Below are positions 57,812 to 64,000 of a stretch of DNA of 64,000 nucleotides, piece after piece; position 1 is the first letter of the stretch; each line of letters starts with the position of its first letter. The translations under genes and the position numbers were made by a program. The stretch lies in contig WHHJ01000002.1 in the NCBI GenBank assembly GCA_014872655.1, positions 8,135-72,134 of the forward strand, written 5' to 3'. This DNA comes from Clostridia bacterium (lineage in GTDB: Bacteria; Bacillota; Clostridia; Oscillospirales; UBA644). The notes beneath the pieces were generated by a model that worked only from the letters and a program-made list of their open reading frames with translations, was not told the DNA's origin and did no database searches.

Positions 57812-59152
57812 TTATTTGGTTTTTCTGGAAAAAACAGATACTTTATAGCCTTCTGAGTCCGCGGAACAGCATTCATCAGAGCCAAAACCAAAGACATAAA
57901 TTACCTTACCCTGATATTCAATGACCGGGATTTGCGAACGCAGTTCACGCGGCACTTTACTGTCGATAAAAAGTTTTTTGAGTGTTTTGGTTCCTCTGCG
58001 TCGTAGTTTTATGGTGTCGGCCTGTTTGGGGGAGCGAACATATAAATCTGTAATATATTCTTTGGGGATATCTGCCTTAGTAGGGGTATAATCCAAAAGT
58101 AAGATTCGGTTGTCATCTAAGATATTAGGCCCTGCAAATAGCTTTCGGCATGCGATTGGAGAAAGCGGGGGATCGTTGTCGGACCGGATACGGAGCATGT
58201 CGTAACACCGTTGTACTTTGAGATTTTGACCGATATCTGTTTCGGCGCAAGAAGATTTTCCTCGGATTATTTGAATAATTTGCCGGGTAATCGGATAAGA
58301 AATCTGAACTCCCCGTTGTGCTGTGTAATCACGTACAACTCTGGATAATACCGCATCATGTGCTTTGCGTAATTTCTTAATATGCAGCTGCCCGTTTTCC
58401 GAAGCTTGCTTGAAGAGTTTTGCTGCCTGCTCGTTTAAAAAATAGTCATCCGTTTGAGCGATTTGTGAAAAACGATTGATTGTTTGATTGAGGTTAGGAT
58501 TGATTTGCCTGAGTTGGGGCAATATGTCATTGCGCAATTTGTTTCGAGTACAACAATTCTCAAAATTAGTTTGATCCAGTGCAAACGGAACCTGGTTTTG
58601 GTTACAGTAGGTTTCCGTTGCAGATTTTGGAATCTGAATAAAAGGACGAATCAAAACAGCGCCGTTCGGCGTTAACCTTTTGGGCTGAATGGTTCTTGCC
58701 GTGCCGCATCCCCGCAGCAGGTCGAGAAAAAAAGTTTCTGTGCTGTCATCTGCGTTGTGGGCCGTTGCAATATGTGAAAATTGATGTTGGGTGCGAATTT
58801 GCTCAAAAAAGGCATACCGAACGGTTCGGGCATATTGCTCGATAGATGTTCCGGGTGATTTTGTTTGCCGGATATTGGCTTGGTGTGCATAAAACGGAAC
58901 CCGATTTATCCGGCAATATTCCTGTACCATTTGTTGCTCTGCATCGGCTTGCGCGCGCAGACCGTGATGAATATGTGCTACAACAATCGGATATTGCGGT
59001 AGGTTTTTGATTAAAAAGTGCAGCAATGCCATCGAGTCCGGTCCACCTGATACGGCGGCAACAATACCGGTGCAATGATCGAATAAGCCATGATTTTGAA
59101 TCGTTTGAAAAACAGTTTTTTCAAACTGAGCTGTGTTTTTGTTTTTCATCAA
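57812..59152 (-). CDS. tilS: tRNA(Ile)-lysidine synthetase
   Basis: PP-loop VAAVSGGPDSMAL and a C-terminal TilS substrate-binding-like domain (KLKKLFID.KVPR..R...P). Confidence 0.93.
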   Translation of the reverse strand: MMKNKNTAQFEKTVFQTIQNHGLFDHCTGIVAAVSGGPDSMALLHFLIKNLPQYPIVVAHIHHGLRAQADAEQQMVQEYCRINRVPFYAHQANIRQTKSPGTSIEQYARTVRYAFFEQIRTQHQFSHIATAHNADDSTETFFLDLLRGCGTARTIQPKRLTPNGAVLIRPFIQIPKSATETYCNQNQVPFALDQTNFENCCTRNKLRNDILPQLRQINPNLNQTINRFSQIAQTDDYFLNEQAAKLFKQASENGQLHIKKLRKAHDAVLSRVVRDYTAQRGVQISYPITRQIIQIIRGKSSCAETDIGQNLKVQRCYDMLRIRSDNDPPLSPIACRKLFAGPNILDDNRILLLDYTPTKADIPKEYITDLYVRSPKQADTIKLRRRGTKTLKKLFIDSKVPRELRSQIPVIEYQGKVIYVFGFGSDECCSADSEGYKVSVFSRKTK

Positions 59153-59164
59153 TCTACCTATTAT

Positions 59165-60562
59165 TTATTTTTGAGGTTCATCCGGAATCGCATTGGGCGG
59201 CAAAGACCTGTCAATAGAATTAAAGCGTGTATGGCTGCCATCCCAGTGTACGTCGAAGTGACCTGTTTTACCATGTCTGTTCTTGCTGATCCAAAGCGTA
59301 CAAATACCTTTTTTAGGGGTGTTGGGCGCGTAAGTTTCCGGACGGTCCAGAAAAATAACAACGTCAGCATCCTGCTCAATGGATCCGGAATCTCGAAGGT
59401 CGGAAAGTTGCGGTGTTTTATCTTCACGGCTGGTGATGCCGCGGCTCAACTGCGATAAAAGAATGACCGGAACGTGCAGTTCTTTTGCCATCAATTTGAT
59501 AGACCGCGTATAGTCTGCAATTTCTTGAACACGGTTTTGACTAACACCGGAGCCCATCAACTGCAGATAGTCAATGACAACCAACCCGAGATTTTTTTCT
59601 CTTCGGAGTTTTGCTTTCATCTCGGCAACAGTGATTGTAGAAGTTTCATCAAATTTAAAACTTGTACCCGCTAATCGCTTACAGCAAAATTCCCATAAAT
59701 CACTCCACTGATTATCGTTGATCGTTCCCTTTTGCAATGCGTCATGGTCAATGCCGCACGCCGTAGAGATGACACGACGTGCTAACTGTTCTTTAGACAT
59801 TTCTAAAGAAAAGAACACAACCGTCTTTTTCGGATTAAACTGATTGGAGATGGCTATATTGTAAGCAACATTCAGCGCAAAAGAAGTTTTTCCGACACCG
59901 GGACGTGCTGCAAGAATAACCAAATCGCTTTTATTAAGACCCCCGACAAAGGTGTCAAAATCGCTGATGCCTACTTTAATCGCATCAAATTTGCCGGTTG
60001 TGTCATTTTTCATTTCCTGGATTCTGTTAAATTCCTGTCGTACCAGATGTTGTAAGGTTTCCAGCTCTCCGCTGTTTTCATTGGATTCCAAGTCGAACAG
60101 CTTTTGTGATGCGATATCGAGAACTTTTTCAGGATTCTCGTTCTCATAACACATCTTTCCGACTTGTTCGCAAATTTCAATCGTTTTGCGCAGCGTATAT
60201 TTTTCTTTAACAACCCGAATATAGTATTCTGTTTTGGACACAACAGAAGCAGTCTCGGCAAGCGAGACTAAATACATCTTATCTTCTTCTGTTCGAAAAT
60301 CTCCGTTATCCCGTAAAATTTCAAGTAGCCGAAGCGGTTCAATGGGTTCTGATAAATTAAACAGCTCACTCATTGCGCTAAAAATTACCTTATGTCGGTC
60401 AATGTAGAAGCTGTCCGGTGTCAGAATCCCCGCAACTTTAGAAAAAGTTTCAGGGTTAATTAAAATTTTCCCTAAAACAGCTTGTTCCGCTTCTAAACTG
60501 TAGGGGAGTTTTCGTTGTTCTTCCAATGCAGAATAATCAACTGCAGGTTTATTTTCAGCCAT
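59165..60562 (-). CDS. dnaB: Replicative DNA helicase (DnaB family)
   Basis: PYSLEAEQAVLG N-terminus, Walker A ARPGVGKTSFALN, IDYLQLM, and RNGPTG-like SKNRHGKTG. Confidence 0.96.
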   Translation of the reverse strand: MAENKPAVDYSALEEQRKLPYSLEAEQAVLGKILINPETFSKVAGILTPDSFYIDRHKVIFSAMSELFNLSEPIEPLRLLEILRDNGDFRTEEDKMYLVSLAETASVVSKTEYYIRVVKEKYTLRKTIEICEQVGKMCYENENPEKVLDIASQKLFDLESNENSGELETLQHLVRQEFNRIQEMKNDTTGKFDAIKVGISDFDTFVGGLNKSDLVILAARPGVGKTSFALNVAYNIAISNQFNPKKTVVFFSLEMSKEQLARRVISTACGIDHDALQKGTINDNQWSDLWEFCCKRLAGTSFKFDETSTITVAEMKAKLRREKNLGLVVIDYLQLMGSGVSQNRVQEIADYTRSIKLMAKELHVPVILLSQLSRGITSREDKTPQLSDLRDSGSIEQDADVVIFLDRPETYAPNTPKKGICTLWISKNRHGKTGHFDVHWDGSHTRFNSIDRSLPPNAIPDEPQK

Positions 60563-60568
60563 TTATCC

Positions 60569-61021
60569 TTATCCTTCAACAACTTTTATGTGAATTTGTG
60601 CAGAAATTTCGGGATAGAGCTTCACATCTGCCCGATAAGTTCCAAACGCCTTAATAGGTTCCGATAAAAGGATTTTTTTCTTATCAATTTCGATTCCTTT
60701 TTGTGCCTGCAGTTCAGCCGCAATTTCTTTGGAGGTGATGGTGCCAAACAATTTTCCTCCGGCGCCTGCTTTTGCTTTGAGTGTAACAATCTGATCTTTT
60801 AAGGCATCGCATTTTTTCTGTGCGGCTGCTTTTTCTTCTGCTTTATGAAAAGCCTTTGCTTCGTTTTGTGTATTCATTTGATTGATATTAGCCTCGTTGG
60901 CCTCTACCGCTAATTTTTTAGGAAATAAAAAGTTACGTGCATATCCGTCACTTACTTTAACCATTTGTCCCGCTTTTCCAAGCGCTTTGACATCTTGTTG
61001 TAAGATTACGTTCATTGTCAA
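60569..61021 (-). CDS. rplI: 50S ribosomal protein L9
   Basis: M.VILQQDVKALGKAGQMVKVSDGYARNFLFPKKLAV. Confidence 0.96.
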   Translation of the reverse strand: MTMNVILQQDVKALGKAGQMVKVSDGYARNFLFPKKLAVEANEANINQMNTQNEAKAFHKAEEKAAAQKKCDALKDQIVTLKAKAGAGGKLFGTITSKEIAAELQAQKGIEIDKKKILLSEPIKAFGTYRADVKLYPEISAQIHIKVVEG

Positions 61022-62995
61022 TCACCTTTCTGTGTGAAAATTTGTTTGTAGAAAATATTCGTCAATGGCCTTTTGTAATTTTTTCACAGCCTCATCAAGA
61101 CTGATATTTTTAAGTTGAACACCTGCCATGGTTTGGTGTCCGCCTCCGCCCAGTTTTTCCATAATCAACTGTACGTTAACAGCCCCAAAGGAACGGCCTG
61201 AAATATTAACAATTCCTTGTTTGTCTGCAAATAATGTAAATGCCGCTTGAACTCCTTCGATGTTTAGCATCTCATCAGCAGCCTGAGAGGCTGCAATTTT
61301 AAATTGTGGCCCTTGATCACCTTTCCATACGGCAATCGCTGCTGTTTTTTTGTACAAAACAGCGCTTTCCACTAATTTTGTGCGCTGCATATATGTTTGC
61401 ATGTCTGTTTGGAAAAGTTTTTTGATTTGAACAGTATTAGCACCCATCTTCCGTAAGAACGAAGATGCCTCAAAGGTTTGCCGGTTGGTGCGGATTGAAA
61501 AACTTTTGGTATCCAGGTATATTCCGCTCAGCATGGCCTCTGCTTCGACCGCCGGAATGCGATTGATATTCATGTATTGAATCAATTCTGCAACCATTTC
61601 ACATGTGCTGGATGCATAGGGTTCATGGAAAAAGATATCTGCATTTTCAATAAAATCTGCCGCTTTGCGGTGATGGTCTACAACCATAATTTTTGAGGCG
61701 TAATCCAACAATTTGGGCATCGTCGTATAGTCTTTGCGATGGGTGTCCACAACGCAGACAAGCGTTTTGGGTCCGGCCATAATCAGGGCCTGCTCTGCGG
61801 ACACAAACAAGGAGGATATCTGTTTATCAGGAATCAGTGTTTCGTAAAGCTGATTGGCCATACTGTTTGTGATATCGTATACGATTCCGACCTTTTTCCC
61901 GGTTTCTAAGCCGATTCTTGCCATACCTACACAGGCGCCAAGACTGTCAAAATCTGACATCTGGTGACCCATAACCAATAAGGTGTCTGTTTGCTTTAAC
62001 AGTTCCCCAAAAGCTCCGGCTACAACTCGAGATTTTACCTTAGAACGTTTTTCAATGCCTTTTGATGTTCCGCCAAAAAATTCAAATCCGTCCGGAGTTT
62101 TGATGACAGCCTGGTCGCCACCTCGGCTCAATGCCATGTCTAAAGCCAGGCGTGCCTGTTCATCACAGTCGGATAAACTTTTTGAACTTAGTCCGATACC
62201 GATAGAAATCGTTGGGGCAATTCCAGCAGCAATTTCAAGGGTTCTAACTTGATCTAAAATCGAAAAGCGCTCATCGGTAAAAATAGATAAATCTTCATTT
62301 TTGAAAATAAACAGATAAGATTCTTTATCTATTTTTCTTAAAACGCCATTCACGGATTGTGCCCATTGATCAATCATATTATCGATGGATAAAGTGGCCA
62401 CACTTCGCTCAGAATCTTTAGAGTTTTGAAACAGCTCATCATAATTATCAATCAGGATATGTGCAATGACCGTTTTTTGTCTGTTATATTTTTGCTGTAA
62501 TTGTTGCAGTTGCGTCATGTCAATAAAATACAGTACATACATTTCCCGATTATTGATAATGCTGCAGTCCATATATACGGTAAAATATTTTCCGGAAAAA
62601 TAAATTTTCGATTGTCTTCGAGTCAATAATCGACTGTCAATTTTATTGACATTTTTTAACTTAATAATTTCATTCTCATCTGCAACAGAAAGGAAACTGT
62701 CATTGTACCATAAAACGGTTCCGTTTTTGTTTGAAATCAAAATAGGAATAGGGTACTCCGTGAGTCTTCTTTGGGAAGTAAGGTCCAGCATGGAAATAAT
62801 ATCGTTTGATAATTTTTTTGCTGAATGGGTTGAAAAGTATAGGTAGAGTTCATACATCAAAATGTATGCGCCGGATACAATCAGAAAAATCCGAGCGGTT
62901 GTATTAAAATCAGTTACACATAAAAAAATGGCTAATGTGATAATAAGAATGTAGTGAAGCCGTCGGACGACATGTTCGAAAATTTTGTTTTTCAT
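61022..62995 (-). CDS. gdpP: GdpP/YybT-like DHH-DHHA1 phosphodiesterase (cyclic-di-AMP phosphodiesterase)
   Basis: Two N-terminal TM helices, a PAS-like and degenerate GGDEF-like middle region, DHH motifs (MGHQMSDFDSLGA, VVDHHRK), and DHHA1 GGGGH. Conserved yybS-gdpP-rplI-dnaB synteny supports the call. Confidence 0.9.
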   Translation of the reverse strand: MKNKIFEHVVRRLHYILIITLAIFLCVTDFNTTARIFLIVSGAYILMYELYLYFSTHSAKKLSNDIISMLDLTSQRRLTEYPIPILISNKNGTVLWYNDSFLSVADENEIIKLKNVNKIDSRLLTRRQSKIYFSGKYFTVYMDCSIINNREMYVLYFIDMTQLQQLQQKYNRQKTVIAHILIDNYDELFQNSKDSERSVATLSIDNMIDQWAQSVNGVLRKIDKESYLFIFKNEDLSIFTDERFSILDQVRTLEIAAGIAPTISIGIGLSSKSLSDCDEQARLALDMALSRGGDQAVIKTPDGFEFFGGTSKGIEKRSKVKSRVVAGAFGELLKQTDTLLVMGHQMSDFDSLGACVGMARIGLETGKKVGIVYDITNSMANQLYETLIPDKQISSLFVSAEQALIMAGPKTLVCVVDTHRKDYTTMPKLLDYASKIMVVDHHRKAADFIENADIFFHEPYASSTCEMVAELIQYMNINRIPAVEAEAMLSGIYLDTKSFSIRTNRQTFEASSFLRKMGANTVQIKKLFQTDMQTYMQRTKLVESAVLYKKTAAIAVWKGDQGPQFKIAASQAADEMLNIEGVQAAFTLFADKQGIVNISGRSFGAVNVQLIMEKLGGGGHQTMAGVQLKNISLDEAVKKLQKAIDEYFLQTNFHTER

Positions 62996-63996
62996 AGTAC
63001 GTCCCCTCCATCCAGATGTTTTCTAACATCGTAGTAGGCATCAAGTGTTCCCAGTAAAGCCAGAAAAGAAAAGAACAGGGAAATAAAAATGCCGATCACT
63101 AGAATTGCTAAAATGATCAATATTCTAACCCATCGTGAAAGGCCCGTTCGTCTTTGTAAAACATGATAGACTAAAGATAATCCGGCAAAACTAAGTGCAA
63201 CACCTAAAATGGTAACAAAGATATAGATAATCAGCGAAAATGCAGTTGTTCCGGAGGTGACATTTAGCATAAAGTAAAATAAGAGACTGATTACATATAA
63301 CACGGCCCCTGTTTTACTGATTCGTACTTGTCCGAAATCTTGCATAAAAGAGGTGTCCATTTTTAGACTGGACAGTACTTTTTTCATCCAGAAATAATCA
63401 ATAAAGGTAACTGCCATTGCAATAATTCCTAAAATAATAGGCATCTGATAGGTTAAACTGGTAAAAACAGAATTTGCAAATCCTTCTTTGCCCATTGCAA
63501 GCAAGGCTTGGAAAGTCGTTTGGTTCTGCTGCAAATTCGCGTAAACAGAAATTGCATTATAGATATCACTTGAAATTTGATTAATGCTCTCTTTAAAAGG
63601 TTCCAATGCGTCTTGTACAGAAAAGGACGGGCTGACCTCCATAATATAGGCACAAGTAATTAATAGGGCCATGATTCCTACTGTCAACAGAGACAATAAA
63701 ATCATATCGTTCAGCGTTCCTTTTTTTCGGTACATCATGCCCAAAACTGTTCCGATCGGAACAAAAAGCATGATATAAATCAGTGCTTGGGCAATGCTAC
63801 CGGTTACAAAAAGCATGCCGATAAAAACAAATACAGAAATGAGCGGGACAATAGCAGACTTATTGGTAGCCAGCGACACGGCAAAATACATACTTGCAAC
63901 AATCAGCGCAGGCAAATACAGCACTGGGAGGAAAAATACCAGTGCCATACACGCAAAAGAAATAGAAGGAAATAGCCATGTCTGAAATTTTTTCAT
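62992..63996 (-). CDS. YybS-like (DUF2232) polytopic membrane protein
   Basis: The 334-aa multi-TM protein lies directly upstream of gdpP with a 4-nt overlap, as in Bacillus yybS-yybT. Confidence 0.8.
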   Translation of the reverse strand: MKKFQTWLFPSISFACMALVFFLPVLYLPALIVASMYFAVSLATNKSAIVPLISVFVFIGMLFVTGSIAQALIYIMLFVPIGTVLGMMYRKKGTLNDMILLSLLTVGIMALLITCAYIMEVSPSFSVQDALEPFKESINQISSDIYNAISVYANLQQNQTTFQALLAMGKEGFANSVFTSLTYQMPIILGIIAMAVTFIDYFWMKKVLSSLKMDTSFMQDFGQVRISKTGAVLYVISLLFYFMLNVTSGTTAFSLIIYIFVTILGVALSFAGLSLVYHVLQRRTGLSRWVRILIILAILVIGIFISLFFSFLALLGTLDAYYDVRKHLDGGDVL

Positions 63997-64000
63997 TGCG

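Overview
This 64-kb window looks like core chromosome from a low-GC Firmicute of class Clostridia. Two secreted proteins end in dockerin-like duplicated Ca-binding segments, which suggests a Ruminococcus-like cellulosome- or amylosome-forming organism; that assignment is inference only. Nearly all of it is recognisable housekeeping, in this order. First comes a lone tRNA-Leu(GAG). It is followed by yicC-remA-gmk-rpoZ-priA-def-fmt-(YugP-like Zn peptidase)-rlmN-stp-prkC-rsgA-thiamine pyrophosphokinase. Next are a beta-propeller/dockerin protein, an HtrA-like protease and hpf. A minus-strand operon follows: rsmD-coaD-(coiled-coil protein)-(orphan solute-binding lipoprotein)-(serine hydrolase). 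Then come an orphan 122-aa gene, an SDR/small-TM/FAD-oxidoreductase operon, an XRE plus mini-ImmA pair, mrp and dnaG-rpoD. After those are a DUF3810-like protein and a lysozyme-like/SH3/dockerin protein. The ctsR-mcsA-mcsB-clpC operon carries textbook CtsR boxes. Next are marR with two ABC exporter genes, a CPBP protease and trmL, then a small membrane protein with a divergent MutS-domain-V ATPase. The hrcA-grpE-dnaK-dnaJ operon has a perfect CIRCE element. It is followed by a trimeric HydABC-type [FeFe] hydrogenase and a zinc-ribbon membrane protein. The window ends with minus-strand ftsH-hpt-tilS-dnaB-rplI-gdpP-yybS. I saw no rRNA, CRISPR array, transposase, integrase or prophage structural genes. 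I found no convincing novel multi-gene system. The best candidates for uncharacterised biology are modest: (1) the membrane-protein + motif-divergent truncated MutS-family ATPase operon (42.7-44.8 kb); (2) an XRE repressor + 70-aa minimal ImmA/IrrE-like HExxH protein with palindromic operators and no mobile element around it (24.6-25.4 kb); (3) two ORF-free, hairpin-rich intergenic regions that could encode small RNAs or a small peptide (44.8-45.1 kb and 55.0-55.17 kb); (4) non-CAZyme dockerin proteins. All calls rest on reading the ORF translations and sequence motifs by eye. No database search was run.
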